31,682 nucleotides of DNA from positions 1-31,682 of the IMG/VR virus record IMGVR_UViG_3300020594_000010; one strand, given 5' to 3'. Below, in pieces: positions 1-9,739 of this stretch. This DNA comes from a virus. Its lineage: Duplodnaviria; Caudoviricetes. The position numbers and the translations under genes are program-made. Below the pieces are notes generated by a model that did no database searches, was not told the origin of the DNA, and saw only the letters and a program-made list of their open reading frames with translations. Every line of letters begins with the position of its first letter. Position 1 is the stretch's first letter.

Positions 1-1629
1 ACGTCGTTCAAACGCTTCGCCGGCGGCTTCGACCAGATCGTGACTGCCTCTTCTTCAAAGGGGCTCCAGATGATCTCGGTTCGCTACCTCATCATGGAAG
101 AGGTCAGCGAATATCCGCTCGACACCGACGGCCGCGGATCGCCGATCGACCAGGCGCGCGCCCGGCAGAAGTCCTACGGCGACCTTGCCAAGGAATTCAT
201 CCCGTCGACACCGGGCGTTGCCGGCGAATGCCGCATCTCGGAAATGTACGAAGACGGCGACCGCCGCCGCTTCTATGTGCCGTGCCCGCACTGCGAAACC
301 TTTCAGGTTCTGCAGTTCAAGAACATGATGCCGCCTTGCGAGGCAACCAATCACCGGCCGACGTTCGGCTGCGACGATTGCGGATCGGTCATCGACCAGA
401 TCCACATGAACGCCATGCGTTCGAAAGGCCGCTGGGTTCCAACCCGCGTGCTCGATTGCGATTCACCGGTCCCGGCGCTGATCAAGCCCGACGAGATCGA
501 GCTCTATGCGGTGCCACCCTGCGAAGGTCGGGTGCGCGCCTGGCAGCCGTCCTATGCGATCTGGTCGGCCTATTCGCCGTTCGAAAGCTGGGTCGACATC
601 TGGCAGCGCTGGACCGAGGCCAAGGGCAACCCGACGAAGGAAAAGACCTTCACCCAGCAGGATCTGGGCGAGGCCTATGATCCCGCCGGCGATGCGCCCG
701 ACTGGGAAAAGCTGCTCGAAGCCCGCAAGGCATGGCAGCGCGGCGTCGTGCCTTATCCGGGCTGCGTCCTGACGGGCATGATCGACGTGCAAGGCAACCG
801 CTTCGAGTGGGCCTTGTGGGCGTGGGGGCCGGGATTTCAGGGCTGGCTCGTCGATCGTGGCGTCATCGCCGAAAACTATCTGTCCGATGCGGGTTGGCAG
901 CAGATCGACCAGCTCACGGCGCGGCGCTGGCCGACGGAATCGGGCCGCGAGATCGACGTGATGCAATGGGGCATCGATACCGGCGCATTCACGCAAACGC
1001 TTTACGATCGCGTCTCTGGCCGCCACGCGCTGCTCGCGACCAAAGGCGATAACCGGCCGAATGCTGCGCCTTACAAGAAATCGCGCGCCGACCTGCGCGA
1101 CCCGCGGTCAGGTCGCCCGATCGTCGGCCGCCAGATCGACCTCGCGCTGATCGGTGGCTTCGATCTGAAACTCGCCGTCTACAGCGGCCTGGCCTCTCTC
1201 GTCGCCGGGCCGGATGACAGGGGCCTTTATCAGGCGGGCACGCTGCATCTGCCCGACTGGATCGGCGAAGACGAATTGAAGCAGCTGACGGCGGAAACGT
1301 TGTTCGATCCGTCGACCGAGGCGGTGGGCAATTCGAAACGGCAACGCATGGTGCGGCCGGTCGATCGCCGCGAATGGCGCAAGAAGCCGCATCAGCCGAA
1401 CGAAGCGCTCGACCTTGTTGTCGGCGCCAAGTCGCTGGCCTGGGGCGAGGGTGCCGGCCAGATCGGCGGCAAGCGCTGGCAGGAACTGGTCGCCGAGGCG
1501 CACGGTCCGGCGGACGAGCAGGAAAAGGATTTGTTCTCGACGTCGCGCCTCGATGAGACGCCGGCGGTGGAGGTGACGGAAATCGACATGTGGTCGCGTC
1601 TCGCGGCCATCAACAGCGGTGGAGATTGA
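1..1629 (+). CDS. Phage terminase large subunit, lambda gpA family (5'-truncated by window edge)
   Basis: Frame is open from base 1. Walker-B-like YLIMEE, STP motif (PSTPG), GDRRRFYVPCPHC zinc motif, nuclease-domain motifs (IDVQGNRFE, IDTG, NEALD). Followed by gpW and portal. Confidence 0.95.
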   Translation, partial: TSFKRFAGGFDQIVTASSSKGLQMISVRYLIMEEVSEYPLDTDGRGSPIDQARARQKSYGDLAKEFIPSTPGVAGECRISEMYEDGDRRRFYVPCPHCETFQVLQFKNMMPPCEATNHRPTFGCDDCGSVIDQIHMNAMRSKGRWVPTRVLDCDSPVPALIKPDEIELYAVPPCEGRVRAWQPSYAIWSAYSPFESWVDIWQRWTEAKGNPTKEKTFTQQDLGEAYDPAGDAPDWEKLLEARKAWQRGVVPYPGCVLTGMIDVQGNRFEWALWAWGPGFQGWLVDRGVIAENYLSDAGWQQIDQLTARRWPTESGREIDVMQWGIDTGAFTQTLYDRVSGRHALLATKGDNRPNAAPYKKSRADLRDPRSGRPIVGRQIDLALIGGFDLKLAVYSGLASLVAGPDDRGLYQAGTLHLPDWIGEDELKQLTAETLFDPSTEAVGNSKRQRMVRPVDRREWRKKPHQPNEALDLVVGAKSLAWGEGAGQIGGKRWQELVAEAHGPADEQEKDLFSTSRLDETPAVEVTEIDMWSRLAAINSGGD

Positions 1630-1634
1630 GTTTT

Positions 1635-1862
1635 ATGGCGGTGACGGACGTTTCGCAGGATGTATTGCTGGCGCACCTTGCCGAGGCTCGCCAAGCTTTG
1701 CATGCGCTTGAGATCGGTCGCCGCTCGATCAAGGTCATGGTCGACGGGTATATGGTCGAATATTCCCGCGCCAATCTCGATCAGTTGCGCGCCTATGAAA
1801 AGCGCCTCATCGCCCTGATCAACGGCCGCCCGGTCGGCGGTGCCATCAACGTGATCTTCTGA
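1635..1862 (+). CDS. Head-tail joining protein, gpW-like
   Basis: 75 aa from ATG 1635 (GGAG upstream). LAEARQALHALEIG...VEYSRANLDQLRAY matches the gpW pattern. Lies between terminase and portal. Confidence 0.85.
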   Translation: MAVTDVSQDVLLAHLAEARQALHALEIGRRSIKVMVDGYMVEYSRANLDQLRAYEKRLIALINGRPVGGAINVIF

Positions 1863-3532
1863 TGAGCGTTCCGGCTCTTCTCGATGCGCACGGCCAGGCG
1901 ATCCCGGCGGCGGTGATTGAGGCCGCGCGGTCGTCCGCCATGATGGAGGCCGCAGCCGCCTTTCCCGGCTCGCAGGAACCCGGCCTCTCCAGTTCGCCGG
2001 CCTATGCGTCGGGATGGTTCGACCAGCCCGACACTGCGAGCTGGTGGCCGTCGCAGGGCTCCGCCGATGGTTCGGTGCTGCCGCATCGCGATCTTACCCT
2101 GGCGCGCGTCCGCGATATCGTCCGCAATGACGAGACCGCCGGCACCGCCGTCGAGCGCCTTGTCGATCTGGTCGTCGGTCACGGCCTGCACCTGCGCTCG
2201 CGGCCCGATGCGGTCGCGCTCGGCATCAGTCCGGATGCGGCGAATGAATTGAGCCGCAAGATCCAGGCCGAATGGCGTCTGTTCGGCCACGATCCGCGCC
2301 GCCTTTGCGACGCCCAGCGCAAACTGTCGATCAACGGCCTGTTCCGGCTCTTCGCCCGCACGTCGATCATCGCCGGCGAGGCGACGGGCCTCAACACCTG
2401 GCGTGAGACGCCCGGCGCGCGCTATTCGACCTGCGTGCTGGCGGTCGATCCCGACCGGGTTTCTAACCCGTCGATGCAGATCGACACCAACGAGCTGCGC
2501 GGCGGCGTCGAGATGGATTCCTTCGGCGCGCCGGTCGCCTATCACGTCCGCAACGCCCATGCCGGCGACTGGTGGGCTTACGGCAAGCAATGGACGTGGA
2601 CGCGGGTGCCGCGCGCCACCGAATGGGGCCGGCCGGTCTTCTTCCACAGCTTCGAGCCGGAGCGGGAAGGGCAGACGCGCGCCATTTCGCCGTTTGCCTC
2701 GCTCGTGCGCGGCCTGCGCATGGTCAACAAGTTTTCGTCGAACGAACTGGCGAGCGCCGCGGCGAACGCGCTGTTCGCGGCCTTCGTGGAATCGGATCTG
2801 CCCGTTGACGAGGTGACGCAGAAGCTGCAGCCACAGGCGTCGACCTATGCCGACAAGATGATCACGCATTTCGCCAATAACCCGGCGAAGCTGAATGGCG
2901 TGCGCATACCGGTGATGCCGCCCGGCAGCAAGATCACCATCAACGGCTCGCCGCGGCAGACGACGGCGTTTCCGGCCTTCCAGGCGGCCTTCCTGCAGAA
3001 GATCGCGGCTCGGCTCGGCATCTCTTACGAACAACTGACCATGGACTGGACGAAGACGAACTATTCGTCCGCGCGTGCGGCGCTGTCGGAAGTCTGGCGT
3101 CACATCCAGCGCCTGCGCGCCACCTTCACCGAACAGACCGTGACGCCGATCTTCTATGCCTTCCTCGAGGAAGCGTTCGACCGCGGCTATATCAAGGCGC
3201 CCGCCGGCGCGCCGGACTTCTGGGACATGCCGGGCGCCTATCTGCGCGCCATCTGGATCGGACCGGGCCGCGGCTACATCGATCCGGTCAAGGAAGCCGA
3301 GGCGAGCGCCATCCGCATGGACTCGCTCACCTCGACCTTGGAAATCGAATGCGCCGAGCAGGGCCTCGACTACGAGGATGTGCTCGATCAGCGCGAGCGC
3401 GAGGAACAGGATCTGAAAACCCGCAAACTCGTGCGTCCGTCGCTGGAAAAAATCTTCGCCCAGATGTCGGAACAGAACGGCGACGACGGCGATGAGCCTG
3501 CTGCGCCGGCCAGGGAAAAGGAAACCGCATGA
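1862..3532 (+). CDS. Portal protein, lambda gpB family
   Basis: 556 aa. ARVRDIVRND, GVEMDSFGAPVAYH, GQTRAISPFA, NYSSARAAL and GRGYIDPVKEA are lambda-portal motifs. TGATG coupling to gpW. Confidence 0.95.
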   Translation: MSVPALLDAHGQAIPAAVIEAARSSAMMEAAAAFPGSQEPGLSSSPAYASGWFDQPDTASWWPSQGSADGSVLPHRDLTLARVRDIVRNDETAGTAVERLVDLVVGHGLHLRSRPDAVALGISPDAANELSRKIQAEWRLFGHDPRRLCDAQRKLSINGLFRLFARTSIIAGEATGLNTWRETPGARYSTCVLAVDPDRVSNPSMQIDTNELRGGVEMDSFGAPVAYHVRNAHAGDWWAYGKQWTWTRVPRATEWGRPVFFHSFEPEREGQTRAISPFASLVRGLRMVNKFSSNELASAAANALFAAFVESDLPVDEVTQKLQPQASTYADKMITHFANNPAKLNGVRIPVMPPGSKITINGSPRQTTAFPAFQAAFLQKIAARLGISYEQLTMDWTKTNYSSARAALSEVWRHIQRLRATFTEQTVTPIFYAFLEEAFDRGYIKAPAGAPDFWDMPGAYLRAIWIGPGRGYIDPVKEAEASAIRMDSLTSTLEIECAEQGLDYEDVLDQREREEQDLKTRKLVRPSLEKIFAQMSEQNGDDGDEPAAPAREKETA

Positions 3533-4842
3533 CGCATGTTCTGCGCATCGCGACGCGTTTCTTCAACACGCCGCTGCTGCTGACGCCGGACGTCGCCAGC
3601 GTCATCTGCGCCGGCCTCGCGGAGCGCTTCGGCGTCGATGGCGGCGACATGGCGGCCGACCTGCCGTCGATCGATGCCTCGCGCTTCCGCGGCGTTCCGA
3701 AGACCGACGCCAACGGCCGCCCGACCAATCTCTATCGCATCGAAGGCGGCATCGCGATCGTGCCGGTGCTGGGCGAGTTGGTCAATCGCGGCGCCTGGAT
3801 CGGCGCGTCGTCGGGCCTCACATCCTATGAAGGGCTCGACGCGCAACTGCGCCTGGCCGCCGCCGATCGGGACGTGCGCGGCATCGTCCTCGACATCAAT
3901 TCGCCTGGCGGCGAGGCATCCGGCGCCATGGAAGCCGGCGCGCTGGTGCGCGAGCTGTCGGCGCAAAAGCCGATCGTCGCTTTCGTCAACGGCATGGCGG
4001 CCTCGGCCGCCTATGCCATCGCCAGCGGTGCCAATCACATCGTCGCATCGCCGTCCGCGATCCTCGGCTCGATCGGTGTCGTGATGGTGCACATCGATCG
4101 TTCGGAAGCGATCACCAAGGGCGGTGTCAAGCCGACCATCATCCACGCCGGCGCGTACAAGGCCGATCTCTCGTCCTATCAGGCGTTGAGCGACGATGCC
4201 CGCGCCCGCATCCAGGGCCATGTCGACGCGGTCTATGACCTTTTCGTCGGCACGGTCGCCGGCCATCGCGGATTGCCTGTCGAGGCCGTCCGCAAAACCG
4301 AGGCAGGCATCTTCCTCGGACCGCAGGCGGTCACCGCCGGGCTCGCCGACGCGGTCGGCACACTTGACGACGCATTCGCCTACATCGGCCGGTCGAATTC
4401 CTCGGCCGGTTTTACATCGCCCACTGGAGGTTCCATGAGCACAAGCAATCCCGCTGCCGGCGGTGAAACCGGCATCACCCAGGCGCAGGTGGACGCCGCC
4501 GTCGCCGCTGCGACGCTCGCCGGCTCGACGGCCGCGACGGCCCGCATCCGATCCATTCTCACCCATGCAGACGCCAAGGGTCGCGCCGATCTGGCGATGA
4601 CGCTGGCACTCGATACCGACATGTCGGTCGACGCCGCCGCGAAAGTGCTGCAGTCGGTTCCGGTCGTCGCGCCGGTCGCTCCGGCCGCGCCTGCCTCCGG
4701 CTCGCATCTCGGCGCCCTGGTGCCGCGGCCTGACGTGCAGCCCGACGCGCCCGCCAATTCCGGCGCGAAATCGCAATACGAGCTCGGTGCCGCCGCTTTC
4801 GCCGCCGCCGTTCCCTCCCACATGCGCACCGGCCAGGCCTGA
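3529..4842 (+). CDS. S49 (SppA/ClpP-like) head maturation protease, lambda gpC-like, with C-terminal scaffold region
   Basis: LDINSPGG, AASAAYAIAS, GSIGV and AGAYKAD motifs of S49 peptidases. ATGA overlap with portal. Confidence 0.93.
   Translation: MTHVLRIATRFFNTPLLLTPDVASVICAGLAERFGVDGGDMAADLPSIDASRFRGVPKTDANGRPTNLYRIEGGIAIVPVLGELVNRGAWIGASSGLTSYEGLDAQLRLAAADRDVRGIVLDINSPGGEASGAMEAGALVRELSAQKPIVAFVNGMAASAAYAIASGANHIVASPSAILGSIGVVMVHIDRSEAITKGGVKPTIIHAGAYKADLSSYQALSDDARARIQGHVDAVYDLFVGTVAGHRGLPVEAVRKTEAGIFLGPQAVTAGLADAVGTLDDAFAYIGRSNSSAGFTSPTGGSMSTSNPAAGGETGITQAQVDAAVAAATLAGSTAATARIRSILTHADAKGRADLAMTLALDTDMSVDAAAKVLQSVPVVAPVAPAAPASGSHLGALVPRPDVQPDAPANSGAKSQYELGAAAFAAAVPSHMRTGQA
4435..4842 (+). 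CDS. Putative nested in-frame scaffold protein (Nu3-like)
   Basis: GGAGG at 4426-4430 precedes in-frame ATG 4435 inside the protease gene. The 135-aa product is Ala-rich (RIRSILTHADAKGRADLAMTLA). Same arrangement as lambda C/Nu3. Confidence 0.65.
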   Translation: MSTSNPAAGGETGITQAQVDAAVAAATLAGSTAATARIRSILTHADAKGRADLAMTLALDTDMSVDAAAKVLQSVPVVAPVAPAAPASGSHLGALVPRPDVQPDAPANSGAKSQYELGAAAFAAAVPSHMRTGQA

Positions 4843-4884
4843 CGGCCCGACCGCGCTTCGCACCCACCTGCATGAGGTGATCCA

Positions 4885-5268
4885 ATGACCGCATATACTG
4901 CCTTCAATCCGACGCCGCTGTTTGCCGACGGCGACGATTTCGACACCCGCAAGGCTATCGTGCTGACCGGGCAGAACGTCTCCGGCACGCCTCTGCCGCG
5001 CGGCACCGTGCTCGGCAAGGTGACGGCCACCGGCAAGTACAAGATTTCCGTCGCAGGCGCGTCGGACGGATCGCAACTGCCGCGCGCCGTCACCGCCGAC
5101 GATCTCGACACCTCCGGCGGTGACGTCACCTGCCGCGTCTACGAGTCCGGCACCTTCGCCTTCGAGGTCTGCAACGTCGATGCGTCGTGGACGATCGACA
5201 CGCTCAACGCGTCGATGTCGGATCAGTCGCGCGACATCTATTTCCGTTCCGTCGGCACCGTCGCCTGA
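4885..5268 (+). CDS. Head decoration protein (lambda gpD / HDPD-like)
   Basis: 127 aa. LPRGTVLGKVTATGKY...DGSQLP motif. GAGG RBS. Sits between protease and capsid genes. Confidence 0.88.
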   Translation: MTAYTAFNPTPLFADGDDFDTRKAIVLTGQNVSGTPLPRGTVLGKVTATGKYKISVAGASDGSQLPRAVTADDLDTSGGDVTCRVYESGTFAFEVCNVDASWTIDTLNASMSDQSRDIYFRSVGTVA

Positions 5269-5335
5269 TCGCGCCGCGCCTCCCAGTCACCCGCGCGGCT
5301 GCGAAGCGGCCGTTTGATTTGCAAGGGTAAAATCC

Positions 5336-6406
5336 ATGAACGACGTTGCAGCCCTGCCGGTCTACGGCACCGAATTCCTGCTTGGCGCCTATGGCGTCAT
5401 CGACGAGCCGCGCCGCTTCCTGCTCGAGCTGTTCTTCAAGCCGACGCAGAATTTCGATACCGAAAAGGTCGCCTTCGATAAGGTCGAGCGCGCGCTGCGC
5501 AAAGCGCCCTTCGTCTCGCCCAACATCGCCGGCAAGCCGCAGCGTCAGCAGGGCTTCCAGACCAAGGATTTCGCGCCGGCCTATGTGAAGCCGAAATTCG
5601 TGGTCGACGCCAACCGTCCGCTGAAGCGCATGCCCGGCGAACGCCTGCTTGGGAGCATGAGCCCGGTCGACCGCTACAATCGGGTGATTGCTGAACTGCT
5701 CGCGGAGGGAGATAAGCAGATCGCTCGCACCGAGGAATGGATGGCGGCGCAGATCCTGCTCAACGGGTCCGTCGTCGTCAGCGGCGAGGACTTCCCGTCG
5801 ATGACGGTCGATTACGGCCGACCTTCCGGTCACACGGTGGTGCTGTCGGGCGGCGCCCGCTGGGGCCAGGCCGGTGTCAAGGCGCTCGCCAGCCTGCGCG
5901 CCTGGGCTTCGACCGTGCAGATCGCGTCGGGCTTCAATCCCAATGTTGTCATCATGGACCCGAAGGCCGCGGACCTGTTCACCGCCGACACCGACGTGCA
6001 GCAGATCCTCAACAACAGGGTGAATACGCCGATCGGCAACGACTTCCGCATCGGCTATGTGCAGCTCGCCGGCCTCGTCACCGGTGCCGTCGGTGAAGAG
6101 GTGAAATACCTCGGCCGCATCGGCGAATTCGACATCTTCGTCTATCAGCAGATCTACAAGGACCCGGACGGCACCCTGCAGCGCATGCTGCCGGACAATA
6201 CCGTTATCATGGGCTCACCCACGGGTGTGCAAGGCACCCGCTGCTATGCGGCCGTCCGCGACGCCAAGGCGGGGTTCCGCGCTCTGGCCCGCTTCCCGAA
6301 GATGTGGACGGAAGAGGATCCCTCGGTGACCTATCTTATGACCCAGTCGGCGCCGCTGCCGGTCGCAGCCTGGCCCGAGGCTTCGCTCTGCGCCACCGTC
6401 AACTGA
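5336..6406 (+). CDS. Major capsid protein, lambda gpE family
   Basis: 356 aa. FLLELFF, APFVSP, FAPAYVKPK, RMPGE, EEWMAAQIL and DPSVTYLMTQSAPLP are gpE-family motifs. Confidence 0.95.
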   Translation: MNDVAALPVYGTEFLLGAYGVIDEPRRFLLELFFKPTQNFDTEKVAFDKVERALRKAPFVSPNIAGKPQRQQGFQTKDFAPAYVKPKFVVDANRPLKRMPGERLLGSMSPVDRYNRVIAELLAEGDKQIARTEEWMAAQILLNGSVVVSGEDFPSMTVDYGRPSGHTVVLSGGARWGQAGVKALASLRAWASTVQIASGFNPNVVIMDPKAADLFTADTDVQQILNNRVNTPIGNDFRIGYVQLAGLVTGAVGEEVKYLGRIGEFDIFVYQQIYKDPDGTLQRMLPDNTVIMGSPTGVQGTRCYAAVRDAKAGFRALARFPKMWTEEDPSVTYLMTQSAPLPVAAWPEASLCATVN

Positions 6407-6439
6407 CGGTCGCAGCGCAGCGTCGTCTTCATTGAACCC

Positions 6440-6463
6440 GCGAAGGGCCTTCGCGCCCTTCGC
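6440..6463 (+). promoter_or_regulatory. Stem-loop after the capsid gene (mRNA stabiliser or attenuator; no U-tract)
   Basis: GCGAAGGGC (6440-6448) pairs with GCCCTTCGC (6455-6463), 6-nt loop. Confidence 0.45.
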
Positions 6464-6479
6464 CAATCGGGAGAGTCCC

Positions 6480-6728
6480 ATGAAACTCTATCTGCCGCAC
6501 GCGTTCACCCTCGATGACGGCAAAGAGGCTGTCCATCACGCTGCCGGCACCATCCGCGATTTCGAAAAGGGAATCGCCGAGATGTTGAAGAAGCGCTTCG
6601 GCGCCGTGCCGGCCTCGGAAGCGCCGCAGGACGATCCGGCAGCGAAGGCGTCGATCACGCCGACACCCGTACCGCCCGCCACGCCGCCTGCGCCGGCTAC
6701 CCAGCCGATCAACCCGCCGACGGCTTGA
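6480..6728 (+). CDS. Small head-module protein (position of lambda gpFI), Pro/Ala-rich tail
   Basis: ATG 6480 after GGGAGAG. 82 aa, immediately downstream of the capsid gene. Confidence 0.6.
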   Translation: MKLYLPHAFTLDDGKEAVHHAAGTIRDFEKGIAEMLKKRFGAVPASEAPQDDPAAKASITPTPVPPATPPAPATQPINPPTA

Positions 6729-6737
6729 TCGTCAGAT

Positions 6738-7151
6738 ATGGGCTCGCCTTTCGCAGACGAGGCACGCCAGGCCATCGGGGAGGTCGTCGCCATCTTCGGC
6801 GACGATCAGGGCTTTCTCTATGAGCCCATGCTGCAGGCGGCCGGCGACCGGCCGATCGCGGATCCGCAGCGTCCCGCACTGCAGATCAAGGGCGCGCTTC
6901 TGGCGCGGCCGCTGACGGTCGAGCCGATCGCGCCGCATCAGCCGCGCGACACGGCGCTTGCCACGTCATCGCAGCGCTTCCGCTTCACCATGCAGGGCGG
7001 CAGCGAGTCCGTGCTTGGTTATCGCGCCAGAGCCGGTGATCGTCTGACGCGCTTGTCCGACCGCGCAGTGTTTCAGGTGCAGAACATTCTCGACGACGAT
7101 ATCGCGCGGCTGTCGTGCGATGTCTTCCGACGTTCTGTAGCGAAGGCCTGA
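6738..7151 (+). CDS. Putative head-closure / head-tail joining protein
   Basis: 137 aa. Synteny between capsid and tail genes. RAGDRLTR..FQVQNILDD pattern resembles stopper proteins. Confidence 0.55.
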   Translation: MGSPFADEARQAIGEVVAIFGDDQGFLYEPMLQAAGDRPIADPQRPALQIKGALLARPLTVEPIAPHQPRDTALATSSQRFRFTMQGGSESVLGYRARAGDRLTRLSDRAVFQVQNILDDDIARLSCDVFRRSVAKA

Positions 7152-7154
7152 AGC

Positions 7155-7919
7155 ATGTCCGGACTGTCCCGTGCCTGCCTGCGCCTTGCCGCCACGGCCG
7201 CCTTGCGCGGCGCGACCATGGCCGGTCCGGCGATCTTCGATTCGCGCATGGACATGGTCGACGGCCTCACGCCGGACGAGGCGAAACCCGTCATCGCCGT
7301 CTATACGGAAACCGATTCCGGCAACGCCCTGTCGCATCAGAACGGTGGGCCGCCGTTCGTGCCGCATGTAGATCTCGTGCTCGAGATGACCATGCAGGTC
7401 GGCGAATACGATGACGCCACAAAGATGATGAACATGGGCGCACCGGCGACCGACAGCGAACTCGAGGCCAGCCTCGATATGCTGGAGACTCAGGCGGAGG
7501 CGGCGCTGTTCTTCAGCTGCGCGCCGCTGTCGCTGCTGTTTCAACGCGTCGCCAAATTGGTGCGGTCGAAGGAGTCCGCGCGCTTCGTCGAAAGCAAGGG
7601 CGCTGCGCGCCTCGCCGTCCGCCTCATCACCTATACGATCGAGATCGACGACAATGGCATCCCGCAGGAGTCCGGACTGACCGGCTTCGACACCTTGCCG
7701 CAGCCGTTCCGCGATATCGCGACAGCCTGGCCCGAAGGGCTGAAGGAAAAACACGTCGCCGCCGTCATGGCGCGCAGCCTCGCCGCGCCGCATCTCTGGC
7801 CCACGTTCAAGGGCATGACGGTCAATGCGCCGCCGTCGCCGCCGCCTGTCGATCCGCCGCCTGCGCCGCAGCCCGGCGATCCGTTCAAGCCGAATTTCGT
7901 CATCGATTTTCCAGAGTAG
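7155..7919 (+). CDS. Putative tail completion/terminator protein
   Basis: 254 aa. IFDSR...PVIAVYTE motif. Located just upstream of DUF2635 and sheath genes. Confidence 0.55.
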   Translation: MSGLSRACLRLAATAALRGATMAGPAIFDSRMDMVDGLTPDEAKPVIAVYTETDSGNALSHQNGGPPFVPHVDLVLEMTMQVGEYDDATKMMNMGAPATDSELEASLDMLETQAEAALFFSCAPLSLLFQRVAKLVRSKESARFVESKGAARLAVRLITYTIEIDDNGIPQESGLTGFDTLPQPFRDIATAWPEGLKEKHVAAVMARSLAAPHLWPTFKGMTVNAPPSPPPVDPPPAPQPGDPFKPNFVIDFPE

Positions 7920-7929
7920 GAAGCCCGCC

Positions 7930-8166
7930 ATGTCAGCCATTCACGTCAAGCCGGTCGGCGATGCGCGCGTGCGCAATCCCGCGCGCGATTTTGCCGTCCT
8001 GCCGCAAGCTGGCGATGTGGTGCCCGACTCGCTGTTCTGGCGTCGCCGCGAGATCGCCGGGGAGATCGTGATCGGCGAACCGTCCGCGGCGCCTGCCGCG
8101 CCGCATGAGCCCGCACCCGTCGCCGAAACCGCTGACGATTCGTCTTCGCAAGACCCGTCTTCGTAA
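7930..8166 (+). CDS. DUF2635 / Mu gp38-like small tail protein
   Basis: ATG 7930 after AGGA. VKP..ARVRNP...LPQAG..VPDSLFWRRREIAGEIV motif. Directly precedes the sheath gene. Confidence 0.8.
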   Translation: MSAIHVKPVGDARVRNPARDFAVLPQAGDVVPDSLFWRRREIAGEIVIGEPSAAPAAPHEPAPVAETADDSSSQDPSS

Positions 8167-8188
8167 GACCCGATCTAAGGAGCCTTCC

Positions 8189-9694
8189 ATGCCTGTTTCA
8201 TTCAACCGCATCCCGGGAAACATCCGCGTTCCGTTCTTCTACGCCGAGGTCAATTCCGGACTGTCCTACTACCAGGGCAACTCGAAACTGCTTCTGATCG
8301 GTCAGATGGTCAGCGGCGGCTCTGCTGCGGCCAATGTGCCCGTGCTGGTGTCGCGTCCCGGTCCCGAGATGTTCGGCGTCGGCTCGATGCTGGCCGAAAT
8401 GGTCTATGCTGCGCGCCTCAATTCGGCGCTGGGCGAAATCTGGGCGCTGCCGATCGCGGATCCCTCCGGCGTCGCCGCGACGAAAACCATCACGGTCGCT
8501 GGCACCATCACCGCGGGCACGCTCGTGTTCTATGTCTGCGGCGAAAAGGTGCAGATCCCGGTTCTGTCGACCGACACGGTCACCACGATCGCCGCCGCCA
8601 TGGCCGCCGCCATCAATGCCGGCTACACCGGCATCGACGGCAAGGGCTATTCTTTCCCCTATACGGCGACGTCCGCTGCCGGCGTCGTCACCGCCACGGC
8701 GCGCAACGTCGGCACGCAGGGCAATTTCCTGTCGATCGACAAGGATCTGATCGGCGACGAAGGTCCGCTCGCCGCACTGCTGACGATCGCCACCGGCGTC
8801 ACCGGCACCGGCGTGCCCGCGCTGACGACCGGCCTTGCCGCGCTCGGCGACACCGAATTCGACATGATCGCCATGCCCTACAGCGACGCAACCTCGCTCA
8901 ACGCCGTGCGGGATTTCCTCGCCGACGGCGGCGGCCGCTGGGATCCGATGTCCCAGCTTTACGGCCATTGCGTCACCGTCTGTTTCGACACCCTGTCGAA
9001 CCTGGCGACGCTTGGCACCGGCCGCAACGATCCGCACGTCTCGATCATGGGCGTCGCCAATTCGCCGTCGCCGCCGCATCGCTGGGCTGCCGCGCTCGGC
9101 GGCCAGGTGCAGGCGCACAAGAACCTCGGCTTCAGTCTCACCGAGGCGGTGGAGATTTCGCGGCCGATGCAGACCTTGATCCTGAAAGGCATCAAGCCGC
9201 CGCGCCTCAAGATCGACCAGTGGGACAGGATCGAGCGCCAGACGCTCTATTACGACGGCATCTCCGCCTTCACCGTCAGCGTCGACGGGCAGGTCGTGCT
9301 CGACCGGCTCATCACCACCTATCGGCTCAACGCCTGGTCGCAGCCTGACACGACTTTCCTCGACATCGAGACCTTGTATCAGACGGCCTACGGCATCCGC
9401 TTCCTGCGCCAGCAGGTCTCGCAGAAGCATGCCCGCGATGCGCTGGCGCCGGACAATCCGCGCGGACTGCAGGGCGTCACCACGCCGGTCGACCTCAAGG
9501 CCGATCTCATTCACGGCTACAGCCAGTTGTGCGATGCCGGCGTGATGAAGAACCTCGCCCTGTTCGCCAGCAGCATCGTCGTCGAACAGTCGAGCGACCC
9601 GAACCGGGCCAACTGTTTCCTGCCGTTCGACGTCATGAACCAGTTGCGGATCTTCGCGGCCAACGTCGAGACGTCGCTCAACCGCGCCGCCTGA
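8189..9694 (+). CDS. Contractile tail sheath protein (Mu gpL-like)
   Basis: AAGGAG RBS then ATG 8189 (MPVSFNRIPGNIRVPFFYAE). FGVGSMLAEM, RWDPMSQLYGH, RLITTYRLNAWSQPD and DPNRAN motifs. Confidence 0.95.
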   Translation: MPVSFNRIPGNIRVPFFYAEVNSGLSYYQGNSKLLLIGQMVSGGSAAANVPVLVSRPGPEMFGVGSMLAEMVYAARLNSALGEIWALPIADPSGVAATKTITVAGTITAGTLVFYVCGEKVQIPVLSTDTVTTIAAAMAAAINAGYTGIDGKGYSFPYTATSAAGVVTATARNVGTQGNFLSIDKDLIGDEGPLAALLTIATGVTGTGVPALTTGLAALGDTEFDMIAMPYSDATSLNAVRDFLADGGGRWDPMSQLYGHCVTVCFDTLSNLATLGTGRNDPHVSIMGVANSPSPPHRWAAALGGQVQAHKNLGFSLTEAVEISRPMQTLILKGIKPPRLKIDQWDRIERQTLYYDGISAFTVSVDGQVVLDRLITTYRLNAWSQPDTTFLDIETLYQTAYGIRFLRQQVSQKHARDALAPDNPRGLQGVTTPVDLKADLIHGYSQLCDAGVMKNLALFASSIVVEQSSDPNRANCFLPFDVMNQLRIFAANVETSLNRAA

Positions 9695-9739
9695 GCCGCC
9701 TTTCACCCTCACTTTTCTCGTTTGTAAAGGACTTCGGCC

